Shown: positions 1-12,423 of the stretch, piece after piece | How positions within the stretch are numbered: position 1 is the first letter of the stretch | How the letters are laid out: each line of letters starts with the position of its first letter | DNA from: Chiloscyllium plagiosum | Taxonomy: Eukaryota | Length of the DNA stretch: 64,000 bases | Reading direction: 5' to 3' | NCBI RefSeq assembly: GCF_004010195.1 | Contig: NC_057749.1 | Span: forward strand, 14,295,142-14,359,141 | Notes under the pieces: model-generated | What the model saw: the letters and a program-made list of their open reading frames with translations, nothing else | What the model was told of the DNA's origin: nothing | The model's database searches: none | Made by a program: the position numbers and the translations under genes

Positions 1-884
1 AAGAACAAAGCTCAGGGGTCATTCCCAAATTCATGCATCAAGTTGCAACACAGCTGTTTTTTTCCAACATGCTATCTACAGGGTTACAATTCAGTAATGT
101 CTCAATGGTTTAGAGTTAAGCTAAATGAGAAAATTCTGTGCAGCAAGTTAAAACAAGGTTTTAATAAAAATAAATGCCCATGGAGTATATATTACAATCA
201 TCATATTAGGTGATAGAGAGCTTGTTACATGTTGAGGGGAAATATCCATTAACTGTACTATAACCAGATGCTTAACATTTATAACATTGAAATCAATTTA
301 AAAACAATTACTTGTTAGATTATTATTTTATCCCAAAGGTTCGTAAAAGAAAAGTTACTGCTGGTATGAAACAGAAAACATAATCATGTTTGCATGAACT
401 ATTTCTGTAATACACACTGTTCTCTGATTCTCTGGCCCACTGGTTCTCTGAAATGTCCAATTTAGTCTCATTTCTCCAGTACCTTGCAAATTAGTCTTCA
501 ACTATGTCTGTTTCCATTTTACAGGTTGCTATGGAGTTTGCATGCATCACTCTTTCAGGTAGTGTCTTTCTGATCTTAACAACACTACGACAAAGAAGTG
601 TTCAATTCCCCTTGATTATCCTCATTGAATTATTCAATATATCATTACATCTGCCGTACTGGTTACAAACCCACTTTGTAAGGTAACACTTTCTCCCTAT
701 TTGCTCTATTCAAGTATCTCATTTTTGACTACATGCATAATTAGATCTCCATTTAGCTTTGCACACTATAAGGAGAACAATTTCAGCTTCTTCAATCACT
801 CAGTCTTGATGGTATAAAAGGCTTTGTCATAACTTTTCATAATGCGCTGCCTAGAATTGCACACAAATGTCTAGTTAGGCATCA

Positions 885-1045
885 CCAGAGGAAATGATGT
901 CACCACAGGAAATTACATCACCAACCCAAGGAAATCCAGACACATAAATAGAAAGTAGGCTATACCACCAGCCATCAGTGCTTCATCCGAAGGCTCACTG
1001 AAGATGTTACCTAGTATGATGATGAAACGTCTGAAAACAAACAAA
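885..1045 (+). mobile_element. Penelope-like element 3' end / pseudo-LTR fragment
   Basis: Ends in the same motif layout (GCTTCA..AGGCTC..CTGANGATGTYACCTAG....GAAAC.TCTG) as the 3' end of the GIY-YIG Penelope at 57300-57370. Confidence 0.7.
995..1034 (+). ncRNA. Minimal type I hammerhead ribozyme motif
   Basis: TCA-CTGAAGA-T-GTTACC-tagtat-GATGAT-GAAA-CGTC-TGA: stem I TCA/TGA, intact core, imperfect stem II, palindromic ACGT stem III, GUC triplet. Confidence 0.65.
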
Positions 1046-1774
1046 TCTACATCTAGAAGTGATTTCTTTGCTTTTTAGCATTCAAAACCCTTATTTATAA
1101 ATCCAAACATGCCTCAATACCTTAGTCATAACCATTCGTGTCACACACCATATCCCAGCCAACAATGAAGCATCACCTTCGTTGTCTTCAGCCTTCCAAA
1201 AAGATCTCTAAATGCAGCAACATCTCTCACCAATTGCTTTAATCTGTTTTAATTTAACTCTGTCACCGTTGGAGCTCTACATAAGTAAACATACACCCTC
1301 AAAATAGAACTAAATGAGATTATACAGTTTCTCCATAGTATTCAACACAGATTTATCACTTTATATTTATCTGCATGCAACCTCTCTTTCTCCTCTGTTA
1401 CAAAGCTATCACAGAAATATTCATATTGTTTCTACCAGGTAAATAGACTTTTTGTTTTACTGACTTTTTTTGTTGCTTTCATTATTTTGTCATTAAAACA
1501 ATTGCCAAAAAGTAGGAAGACCACCGCAAATATTTCAGCTCCATACTGAACTGGGGTCCTGTACGTTATGAACAGTGGAGCTGAGTGTGCTTTATGAACA
1601 GTGGGAAAACACGAGCAATTAAGGCATTGCTTCACTACTCCTGCTTGGTGGGTCAGTTTGTCAACATTTGAAACATAAAAGGACTGACATCAACATTTAA
1701 CACTAAAGTATTGACACTTTAAAAGCACTGGCTTTTCTACAAATAATAGTGAGGAAAACACTCTTCTCCCACTC

Positions 1775-2006
1775 TGAGAAGAAAGTCTGCAACGGGATAC
1801 AGATAGGTTAATGCCGTGGGAAATGAGAGATTGATTGTGTTGGCAGGAATAATAGAAAAGCAGAGCATTATTCAAAAGAAGAGCGGCTGGAGAACATTGC
1901 AATACAGAAGGATCTCGGATGTTCTTAAACACGAACCACAGAGTGTTGGTACGCAAGGAGGGCAAGTAATTAGGGAGACAAATGGAATGGTGGCTTTTAT
2001 TGCAAC
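1775..2006 (+). mobile_element. CR1-group LINE fragment (RT C-terminal region), decayed
   Basis: Reads as remnants of LQRDxDRL ... GQVIRETNGMVAFIA, typical of CR1 ORF2 C-termini. Confidence 0.65.
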
Positions 2007-3020
2007 TTAAACTTATACCCTCTAGTTTTGAACTCCCCTTCCCTCAAGAAAAGATCATTGCTATTTACCTTCTATATGCCCCTCATGATTTTATAAACCT
2101 ACTCTGCTCAGGTGAGGAAAGTCCCAGCCTATCCTGCCTCTTCTTATAGCTCAAATCCTTCAGTCCCAGCAACATCCTTGAAAATCTTTTCTGCAGTCTC
2201 TCCAATCAAATAATATCCTTCTTGTAGGAGGGCAACCAGAACTGCACACAGTACCTCAGAAGTGGCCTAACCAACATTATGACATCCAACTCCTATACTT
2301 AATAGTCTGAGCAATGAAGGCAAGCATGCCAAACACCTCCTTTACCATCCTGTCTGTGATGCAACTTTCAAACAACTAGAAACCTAAACCTCTAGGTCTG
2401 TCTGTTTGACAACACTCCCCAGGACCCTACTACTTACTGTGCAGGTCCTGACCTTGTTCATCTTGCCAAAATGCAATACCTCGCACTTATCCAAACAGAA
2501 CTCCACCTACCATTCCTCAGCCCATTTGCCCAATTGATCAAGATCCCTCTGTAATCTTAGATAATCTTCTTCACTGTCTACTATACCAATTTTGGTGTCA
2601 TCCACAAACTAACCATGCTTCCTATATTCTCATCCAAAGCGTTTATGTAAATGACAAACAACAGTAGACTCAGCACTGATCCCTGTGGAACACTGCTGGT
2701 CACAGGCTTCCAGTCTGAAAAGCAATCCTCCACCACCATGCTATCTCCTACTATTACACCAATTTTGAATCCAATTGAATCCCATGTGATCTAACTTTAC
2801 TAGTCTACCATGCGGAACCTTGTCAAAGGCCTTGCTAAAGTCCATATGATAATATCTATTGCTCTGCTTTCAGAAATCTTCTTGGTCACATCCTCAAAAA
2901 ATTCCATCAAGTTTGTGAGACATAATTTCCTACCCACAAAGCCATGCTAACTATCCCTAATCAGTCTTTGCCTGTCCAAATGCTTGTAAATCCTCTCTCA
3001 GAATCCCCTCCTATAACTTA
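2007..3020 (-). mobile_element. CR1 LINE ORF2 fragment, decayed
   Basis: Collinear with the CR1 at 23644-26200 (e.g. GCCATG.TRACTATCCCTAATCAGTC, AGCAC.GATCC.TGTGG). Confidence 0.85.
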
Positions 3021-3971
3021 TGAAAGCTCTCAGCGAGACTATTTCTTTCACTCACTTTCTTACAACACCAACATAGCACAAAAGCAGGATGTAATAAATC
3101 ACAATATAAAAATGAACAGAACAGCCAAATGATTTTAAAAACAAAGATCAATTGAGGATTGAGCCCTTGCCTACAGAGCTCACTTCATATGAATGAAGAG
3201 AAAACATGCATATACATACATTCATGATAGCATGTTATACCAAGGATGTTCCAGGTATGGAATATTAACTTAAACATTGAAGTATTTACGTCAAACAATT
3301 ATATCTCTTAATGGAATGGCTGCCATTCTTTAGTCTGGTATTTCCTGCATCTATTTCTTTTCATTCCAATCTTAAAAGTATTACTGGAATGAGAATCAGC
3401 GACATGATATTCCCAACCAGAACTGTTAATACCAGTGCTTGGATGTCTCCAGAATGCACTTCAGTGAACAGCTTTCCATTTCGGCATTGCCTTTTCACCA
3501 AATCCCACCTTCACAACAGCAGTAATGGGAAACGTAAAGCAAATGAAAGGAATTAGCATTTATACAGCTAATTATAATATATATATATTATAATATATAT
3601 ATTTATATGATTTATACATTTATGCACCTAGGTCCCAAACATTTAAAAGCACTTCATTAACAATGTATTATCTTTAGCAGTGCAATTGCTATCGCGTGGG
3701 AGACTTACATAGAAAGGCATATTTGATGCACAAACAAACACAATAATTGTGTGACACATCTAAGAAATTGAAGTATTAAAACATTTTAGAAAAGGAATAA
3801 CAGCTCACATGAAAGTATTATTTAGAATTCAAATTCTACAGTATTATTTTCACAAGTCATCTTTCAGTCACAGCAACCTCCTGGCAGTGAGAGGTATGCA
3901 TCACGTGAAATCGATCAACCTGTCAATAAGCAGTTGGATCCATGTTGGTGCGCCTCACCCTGCCAACTTAC

Positions 3972-4022
3972 AAAAAAAGCTCCAAGGAGCACCTGTTGTC
4001 ATATTGAGATAAGCATCACACA
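3972..4022 (-). CDS. Candidate 51-nt cassette exon, host gene unknown (xCDAYLNMTTGAPWSFF)
   Basis: ttgcag acceptor, GTAAGT donor, length a multiple of 3, open in phase 1 only. Confidence 0.25.
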
Positions 4023-4352
4023 CTGCAATGCGGTAGTGATATAAAAATAATTTAACCCATTAACCCTTTGACAACTGAACCACCAAGTTATTTGCCACAA
4101 AAAATATTTTGGTATCTCTTGTTCTATCAAACTGCGTCTTTGTTTCACCATCTATACATTAGGAAAGTCAGGCAGGGCGTTAAGCAGGAGAATACAACAT
4201 GTGTCTTATAGTTATATTTATACTACCACACTTCAAAATATTCAACAGATTTATCTACACCTTAGTTGGTCAGCTGAGGAAGCTTCTCCTTCAAATCCCA
4301 CATTTTGTCTCATGTTCCCAAGCAGCTATCTTGGTCCGCCTCTGTTTCGTGT

Positions 4353-4558
4353 TAAAGAGTGTGGTGTTGGAAAAGCACAGCCATTCAGGCAGCATCTGTG
4401 GAGCAGAAGAATCGACATTTTGGGCATAAGCCTGATGAAGGCTTATGCTCGAAACATCAATTCTCCTGCTCCACAGATGGTAACTGACCGGCTGTGCTTT
4501 TCCAGCGCTACACTCTTCGACTCGGATCTCCAGCATCTGCAGTCCTCAGTTCTTCCCT
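4353..4558. mobile_element. PLE-derived palindromic non-autonomous element (variant A)
   Basis: Inverted arms (GGAAAAGCACAGCC / GGCTGTGCTTTTCC), CTGATGA..GAAAC at the centre (4432-4455), perfect 12 bp TSD TCTGTTTCGTGT at 4341-4352 and 4559-4570. Confidence 0.8.
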
Positions 4559-4767
4559 TCTGTTTCGTGTCTACATCTACCTCAGTGACGTTATCCAAAA
4601 ACATATCCGATTCTACAGGTGATGATCCTATTACTTCCCCACAGTGCCCGATTTGCTAAATTGACTGTCCAACATCTAGTACTGGTTGAGAAGAAATTTC
4701 CTCCAACTAAATATTGGGAAGATCAAAAGAGCTACTGTCTTCAGTCCCTGCCAGAAGTCTTTACTAG

Positions 4768-5516
4768 GCAAAAGTAAGGACTGCCGATGTTGGAGATTAG
4801 AGTTGAGAGTGTGGTGCTAGAAAAGTACAGCAGGTCAGAAAGCACCCGAGAAGCAGGAAAATCGACATTTCAGGCAAAAGCCCTTCATCAGGAATGAGGC
4901 TGGAAACCTGGGGGGTGGAGAGATAAAAGGGAGGGATGAGGCTGGGGCAAAGGTAGCTGAGAATGCAATAGGTGGATGGAGGTTGGGGTAATGGTGATAG
5001 GTCAGTGTGGAGGATGGAGCGAATAGGTGGGAAGGAAGATGGACAGGTAGGACAGGTCAAGAGGGCGGTGCTGAGCTGGAAGGTTGGAACTGGGATAAGG
5101 TGGGGGGAGTTGAAATGAGGAAACTGGTGAAATCCACATTCCAAATCTGCCTCAGGCCCCTCCAACCCCATGGCATCAATGTGGATTTCATCAGTTTCTT
5201 CATTTTGCCTCCCCCCACCTTATCCCAGTTCCAAACTTCCAGATCAGCACCCCCCTCTTGACCTGTGCTACCTGTCCATCTTCCTTCCCACCTATCGGCT
5301 CCACCCTCTCCTCCAACCTATCCCCATTACCCCCATCTCCATCCACCTACTGCATTCTCAGCTACCTTATCCCCAGCCCCACCCCCTCCCATTTATCTCT
5401 CCACTCCCAAGGCTCCCAGCCTCATTCCTGATGAAGGGCTTTTGCCCGAAACATCGATTTTCGTGCTCCTCGAATGCTGCCTGACCTGCTGTGCTTTTCC
5501 AGCACTACACTGTCAA
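4768..5516. mobile_element. Penelope-like element 3' end with inverted partial copy (variant A, long form)
   Basis: About 370 bp inverted arms meeting near 5142. The right arm starts with residual coding sequence LQPHGINVDF, resembling a PLE GIY-YIG C-terminus. Hammerhead motif in each arm. Imperfect 14 bp TSD at 4752-4765 and 5517-5530. Confidence 0.8.
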
Positions 5517-5639
5517 CAGAAACCTTTACTCACTAGCCTCCAAATCCATCCCTCCTCTTGACCACTGTTTAAAGCTGAACAGAGTATTTGTAATCTCAAG
5601 AGTCTGATACAATGCAGAGTTCAGTTTTTAGCCTCAAAT

Positions 5640-6120
5640 CCACTGTCCCCTATTCCACCCCTAAAACATTAATAACCAAATCCCAAATTCCAACACTTAA
5701 TTGTTGCAAGTTTATCCAAAACCTTTGCTGTTCTAAAAGGTATTACATCCAATTTACCAATTACCTCTCTGTTTACGGATCTACAGTGGCTACTGGCCCT
5801 GCATCACTTTCATATCCCTCCACAATCTCATTCAGCTCTACAAGTCTATGAAATTTCTCCTCTCTTCTCATTATGTTCTCATGCATACACCCCATTTTAT
5901 ATCACTTCACTATTGGCAGCTATGCTTTCAACTGCCTCGGCCCTTAACTCCAGAATTCCCTTTCTAAATTCCTCCACTGCTTTAGCTCACTTTATTCATT
6001 TTAGAAATTCCTTAAAAGCTGCCTCTCTGACAAAGCTTATTTAACTATCCTATCACCTTCATACTTCTCAGTGTCAAATCTTATTTAATAACATTCCTGC
6101 ATAGTGCTTGTGACATTTTC
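5640..6120 (+). mobile_element. L2-type LINE 3' end, old
   Basis: ATTGGCAGCTATGCTTTCAACTGCCTCGGCCCTTAACTCCAGAATTCCCT...CTTAAAAGCTGCCTCTCTGACAAAGC resembles L2 3' ends. Confidence 0.6.
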
Positions 6121-6212
6121 TAGGCTTTATAAAACTTCAATTCTCAATCAGTTAAGTGGAGAAACTACAAATGGCCTGTATGCCACAAGGCTGTTGCAGG
6201 AAGAAGACACAT

Positions 6213-6325
6213 TTAAAGTTCTTCCTGGTGACTTCTTGACTGACAGATGCCCATTTTGGCCCAGACAAGGTCTGTACAATTCCCCAGATAGTGCTCAAGG
6301 TACTGCATCACTTCAAGAATACGAT
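6213..6325 (-). CDS. Candidate terminal coding exon (xRILEVMQYLEHYLGNCTDLVWAKMGICQSRSHQEEL*)
   Basis: Long pyrimidine tract with TACTAAT and an aag acceptor; only the phase-1 frame stays open. No homologue recognised. Confidence 0.25.
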
Positions 6326-9246
6326 CTTTGGGAATTAGTAAACAACAGAGAAAATTAAGGAGAGAGTAGAAACACATTGTAATAATGAAATCCTTGTTGT
6401 CACAATGGTAAGTCTTGCTTATTGTATCATTAAAAAAATTAAAGAATAGGTGCAATATGATTTTTATTAGCATGAGTTTTAAACCAAACGGAGAAAGTAT
6501 GCAGATTTCAAATAAAAACTCTGGATCCCTGTCTCACACTTCCTATTTGCCAACATTCTAACTTGAGTATTTCTGGCCTAATTATTGAGACACCCACTGA
6601 CCAGTACAGAAGCCAATGAGGCCATGATTTAGTACATAATTAAGTGTCTAATTTTATATGTAAACAAATACAGTGGAAAAAAAAGCTACTTGCAATATGC
6701 ACAAATATACACATCAACAAGAGTTAATGGTTAAAATTTAGTCATCAGAATTTTATATAAACCTGTTTAAAACAGAAAAAAGTTCCAAATTTTGTTCAGA
6801 TTTATTTGCTATCCAGTGTTATTTAATTAGTTCAAGAATAATGTTAACAATGAAAAAATATTTGTAACTTGAAACTGCTCTACTGTACTGTTTATATTTT
6901 TCTATTCCCCTACGTTAACTGCTTACAGCAGAACTTACATTACCTAACTCAGTACTGCCATGATGCAGTTTAAGTATCAGACAGCACTGAACGACCAGTC
7001 TAACTCTCATAATTATATAATCATCATTGTTGAAGCAAATTCATGCACAGTGTCAAAAATCACCGATTGGACTTTTTGTCATTATCTAGTTCAACTCTCA
7101 AAAACAAGCTTACATTTTACTTAAACTACTGCTGGAGCACAAATGCCACAAGTTTTAAATAACCAAACACATATGTATTTGTGTTACAAATACCGCATTT
7201 GTATATCACATCGTCACAACTGCATTTCAACGTACAGGAGACTTCTCAGATGTATCTATCGCCTGGAGCAGATTGTTGTAATTCATGTTTTTCTAAATCT
7301 AGAACTTCACCAAGTAATCTCAGTAGGAATGCCTATTGTCCTCTATGAGCCAAGATTTATATGTTACAGAATTAATTATTTTATAAAAGGAGGTAGCATG
7401 GATATTCACAATTAACTTCTTCTGCTGTTCTTCCCAAAAATGCAGAAAGCACCACACTGAGAACGTTTGGTTGAGATTCAAAATGATCAATTAATTTGTA
7501 AGGTAATTTTAGAGAATGAAAAACAAGCACAGAAATGATATTGATAGTATGAATAATGTAAAAAAGATGGTACCTAGTCCTATGAACTGGTTCATTCTCC
7601 TCAAGATGCATTTCATATAGTCAGTTAATCTATTAGATTTCTAGGACAAATTTCCTCATGCAATATGTGCACACTCATAAACCAATATTCAGCATTCTCT
7701 TCAGCACTAAAGATGAAGTAGCCACAACAGAACTTTTATCATAAAAGAGGACTTGCTACACAAGGGCTATTCTTCATACTTCCCTTGCTGTCAGATATTA
7801 TGATGAATTAGCCATATAGATAAACATCTACCTCCTCACTCTAAAAATATGGATAAATTAACATTTGCCTCAAAGCTAAACTATTCCTAAAGTCTACAGC
7901 ATCTGTTACTGGAATTAGAATTAAATGCCTAGGCTTTTCTTAGAAACCACGAAATCAATAGCCTGAATTCGAAGCCTTTAAGGATTTTAGCCAGACAACC
8001 TGCGGTCTTCTCTGTACTTAGAAAAAGCTTTTGCCTAGAAATATTGCTGACTAAGATCTACTGATCAATCTAAAAGCTCATATTTTTAAAGTAGTTATGC
8101 ATTTTGAAGCTCATTGCAACTCTGCTTCTTTCTCTCATGCATTGATACAATGGCCTTGATTGCTATGAAGGGTGCTTTACCCTACATTTTCAATACCTAA
8201 GAAAATCATTTTTAAGAAGTTTTGTTGCTTGTTAAAAATATCACATGTACAGTTAAAAAAAAAAACTGGGAAAATGACCACGTTCAAAAGATCAATTAGA
8301 ATTCAAGTTCTACTGGTTATTCATCCATGATGAAATAAAATTAATAAACAAAAGGTTTTTGTCGATTTAAGATATCTGAACACAATAACACTTTGAAAAG
8401 GGAAAGGTTATACTAGCTGAATGCACAGAAAGAATGGTGCAGCCCAAGAACCATTCAGCCCCTAAGTCCACATCAGTGTTTCTCTCCACAGCTGTTTTTC
8501 TAATCCTACATTTCAGCTTGCCCCCCATAATCGTTAATATGTCATTTCTTCAGAACGATTTAGAAGTATTCTTTCATTAAAATTTAAGGGCTCCCTGGTA
8601 CAAAGATCTACAACAGCAATTGGTCCCCATCTATTACCAAAATAAGTATTTTATAAAATCCACCTCAACTCTTATGATCTTCTACCTATGCCCTTTTGTT
8701 AGCCTCATGCTGACAGGTAGAAACCATCGATCACTACTTACCTCAACATAACCCTTCATAACTTTCAAAACCTCTATCGTCAGAATCTTCCCACAATCTT
8801 CCCAGCTCTAGTGAAATAAACACTAGCTTCTTAACCAATATCCCTCATTCCTAGCTTAACCTAGACTTGAGACACCAGTCTACAACTAAGATCAAATGTG
8901 GGAAAGGGTACGCTGCTTCGCCTGACAAAGATAAACTGGATGAAAACAAAATATCCTCTTTAATTAAAATCTTATTACAAAAAGAAAATTGGCTTAACAT
9001 TAAAAAAAGCAAGTCTAAGGCACATCAATTGTGTAGGGGAAATACCGTCAAGGTAATCCACAGGTTTAAAGTACTTGGAGCCTGGTTTGATGCTTCACTT
9101 CTCTTTTCTCAATTGTAAAGTCATTTGTTTTTATGAAAAGTTTAAAAGGAAAAAGGAGTTTCCATGAAGGGATTTTTGGCTGCTGGCCATCTCCAATTGA
9201 TTAATATAAATTTCACAAGCTAGGAGTAGGCTATTCAGCCCTCAAG

Positions 9247-9383
9247 GTGAAAGTGAGGACTGCAGACTGGAGATTAGAGCCGAGAGTGTGGTGCTGGAAA
9301 AGCATAGCAGGTCAGGCAGCATCCAAGGAGCGGGAAAATTGACGTTTCAGGCAAAAGACCTTCATCAGGAAGGACTCTCAACT
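9247..9383 (-). mobile_element. Variant A PLE end (single arm) inserted in a CR1 tail
   Basis: Minus-strand CTGATGA-AGGTCTTTTGCCT-GAAACGTC. 16 bp TSD CTATTCAGCC(C/T)TCAAG at 9231-9246 and 9384-9399. Confidence 0.8.
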
Positions 9384-9848
9384 CTATTCAGCCTTCAAGC
9401 CTGTTCTGTTCTTGGGCAAGTAAATGCTGTTTAAAGTGTAGTCATGTCCTAGAGTGGTACTTGGAGAGGGAATCTTGTGGTTGAAAGGTAAGTACGCTAC
9501 CAACGGAGCTGATTTACACAATGATTTAAATTTTGAAATCTTAAATGGAATCTTAAGCAGATTTTAACTAATGTTTTTTAAAAAAAATCAGTAATCAGAT
9601 TATCTGACATTACAGAATGTTTTCCAAATTATTTAAACTTGCCTTACTTTTAAATGTTAATTTGTGCTTTGATCTTCAAGTCAGGGCAGATGTGCAATTC
9701 ACAGCATCTAACAAGATTTCAAATGCCAATAATGTTCAAAGGAACAGCAGGCAAGAAACACATCTAAAAAACTAAGTGTCAGCCACATTACTGGTGACTC
9801 TCTCATGCAGTTTTGCTACAGACTGGAATAGTACACTGCCAAATCATT

Positions 9849-9970
9849 TTGTGGAGGTGGCGGTATTGGACTGGGGTGGACAATGTCAGAAGTCACACGA
9901 CACTAGGTTAGAGTCCAACAGGTTTACTTGAAATCACAAGCTTTCAGAACACAGGTCTTTCATCAGGTGC
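9849..9970 (-). mobile_element. Variant B PLE-like end with hammerhead motif
   Basis: Reverse complement of 47010-47132. Minus strand reads CAC-CTGATGA-AAGACCTGTGTTCT-GAAA-GCTT-GTG. Confidence 0.7.
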
Positions 9971-11224
9971 TCTCAATTGAGCTGGTACAGTTTTGAAACA
10001 ATATGCCTCAAGAAACATTTTTAATGTCTATTAATTAAAATAGCCAAAAGGGGGGCCTTTTTGTGAAATGGATTTTGTTGGCTAAAGTCCACTGCACATT
10101 TATGCTGTATAAAGATTTCAACTTATGAGTAGAGAACCAAGCATTTGACAATGGATATAGTGATACCAGTTTTCTTGTTGGAATGGATTCTGAAACTACA
10201 GCAAAGGTCCTTCCGCAAACGCGTATTTTCTAAACAAAAAACCTTTAGGCTTGGACACCAGATTCACAAATCACAGTTCTTTCATTGTGTTTTCTTTCAT
10301 TCAAGCTGGTAATCAATAAAGTCAGTAGGTCACAGATACATTACTTATACTAGAATGTTGAGAGATACTTGAAACATTTGTCCAACTCCTCTCTTTTACT
10401 GACCGGCTGATTTAAATTGTGAGCCTGCATTGGGCAATTTAGGATTAATTTTTACCACAGAGCCTCAAGGTGATGTTGAAGAATTGTGGGAAAAACTACA
10501 GTCTGATTTAGAACACCGATCTACAATATTTCAGCACACTTTAGGGCACAAAGCAGGCTTCAATAAACTATTTTGTTGTGATGTAAGTCAGTAAACCATT
10601 TAATCTTCATAGTCAAATAAAGTCAGATCAAGAATTCTTGAAACATTCGTCTAATGTTTAGCTTCCAATATGTAATTGAAGAGACTAAAGTAGAAATAAA
10701 AAAATCTTTAATAAAACAACTTTTTTTGGTGGAGACCCTTCATCTGAAGTTTCCTGTTTTATTCCAAATATCAAGGTTTTGCAGAGGAATATAAAAACAG
10801 AGGAGGAGTAGAGCAATTGGCCCTTCGAGACACCTTCACAATTTCATAAAATCATTGCTGTTCTGATTTGGTTTTCATTAATTTAACATTACCAATTTTA
10901 GTGCATAATAATCTTATGTGCCCTAGATCAAACTTTATAAATCTGTTGAAGTAAAGAAGGGGGAATCAGTACCTCACTGATCTTTAATTTAATATATTGG
11001 CATGCAATCCAGCCATCCAATTTCCACTGTCAATATGAATCAGAATCTAAGCTCCAATGTATAGTCAGTTATTAATTCAGCTCCATTTTATGGAGAAAAC
11101 AAATTGTCATGGCATTTTGATCTATATTTACATACATCAAGTCATTATGCTATGCAATAACTAACTGGTCATTTAAGGGATTCTTTTCATGCTGTAATAC
11201 ATTATGAATTTGATGCAAGAGTAA

Positions 11225-11392
11225 AATAATGTAGATGCTGAAACACAGAAATAACAGCAAAAACTGCTACAAGTGTTCACCAGAACGGGCAGCATCTCTG
11301 GTGAAAGGTTATCACTGTAACATTAACTCCTTCTCTCCCCACAGGTGTCATTAGACCTGCCACATTTTTCTAGCATTTCATATTATTTCAGG
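11225..11392. mobile_element. Old degenerate palindromic PLE-derived element (variant C-like)
   Basis: GATGCTG..AGAAATAA..GGCAGCATC and its inverted counterpart; strongly decayed. Confidence 0.45.
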
Positions 11393-11502
11393 GTTTATTT
11401 TATCCAATAAAATGGATTTGTAATCCACTCTAGACCAGACTGTTGAGAAGCAGTTCTCATTTGTTCCTGTTGAAGAAAGCTCTATAGAAGGACTAAACAA
11501 AA

Positions 11503-11690
11503 AAAGACAAAGCACTGCAAATGCTGGAAATTCCAAATGATAACAAATTGCTGCAGAAACTCAGCAGGTCTGGCAGCATCTGTTGAAAGAAGGCAGATTT
11601 AATGTTTTGGGTCCAGAAACATTAATCCTGCTTTCTCTCCACACATGCTACCAAACCTGCTAAGCTTCTCCTGCAAATTCTGCAAATTTC
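11503..11690. mobile_element. Palindromic PLE-derived element (variant C)
   Basis: AGCAGGTCTGGCAGCAT / ATGCTACCAAACCTGCT inverted arms meeting at TTAATGTTTTGGGTCCAGAAACATTAA. Confidence 0.65.
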
Positions 11691-11859
11691 TGCAAATTTG
11701 CTTGCCATAAAAGTATTAATCCACAGAAAGCCTGGTTGGCTGTGAAGCAATTATCTGATCAGCTATTTACTACCTTCTCTGGTGAAAAAGAACAAAGACA
11801 AGAAACACTTATGGGACTGAGCCACCTTGATTGGCGAACCAAGTATATTAATACTAGAC

Positions 11860-11990
11860 GAAAGTGAGGACTGCAGATGCTGGAGATCAGAGTCAAGATT
11901 GCAGTGGTGCTGGAAAAGCACAGCAGGTCAGGCTACATCAGAGGAGCAGGGAAATCGACTTTTTCGGGCAAAAGCCCTTCCTCAGGAATC
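11860..11990 (-). mobile_element. Variant A PLE end (single arm)
   Basis: AAAGTGAGGACTGCAGATGCTGGAG...CGGGCAAAAGCCCTTCCTCAGG. Imperfect 13 bp TSD at 11842-11854 and 11991-12003. Confidence 0.75.
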
Positions 11991-12211
11991 AGTACATTAG
12001 TACATTAAATGTGCCTGTGGATATATAGCCATCACTGAGGACTAGAATACTTTTCACCTAAGCTCCAAAAATAATACTTGCTAGCAGTCTTAACAAGTGG
12101 GTCTGTCCTACCCAACAAATAACAAGAAACCTGTTTAAAAAACTTGCAAGTTTTAACTCACGATCATCCTGTTTGGTTAAAATGAAGCACGGCCACAGTC
12201 TACAATAGCTT

Positions 12212-12423
12212 AGATCAGAGTGGTGCTGGAAATACTTTTACGGCAGGTCAGGCAGCATCCGAGGAGCAGGAAAATAGACGTTTCAGGCAAAAGCCCTTCA
12301 TCAGGAATAGAGCCTCTATTCCTTTTGCCTGAAACGTCGATTTTCCTGCTCCTTGGATGCTGCCTGACCTGCTGTGCTTTTCTAGCACCACTCTGATTTC
12401 CAGCATCTGCAGTCCTCACTTTT
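12212..12423. mobile_element. Variant A palindromic element
   Basis: Inverted arms; 17 bp TSD GCCACAGTCTACA(A/G)TAG at 12192-12208 and 12424-12440. Confidence 0.8.

Noticed and set aside
3571..3620. AT palindrome ATTATAATATATATATATTATAAT
   Set aside because: Low-complexity (AT)n sequence, trivially self-complementary.
4353..4558. miRNA precursors or CRISPR-like repeats for the palindromes
   Set aside because: Dispersed, TSD-flanked, with no repeat-spacer periodicity; better explained as PLE derivatives.
4199..5561. Overlapping 80-150 aa ORFs
   Set aside because: They arise from palindromic and C-rich repeat sequence; similar peptides recur wherever the repeat occurs.
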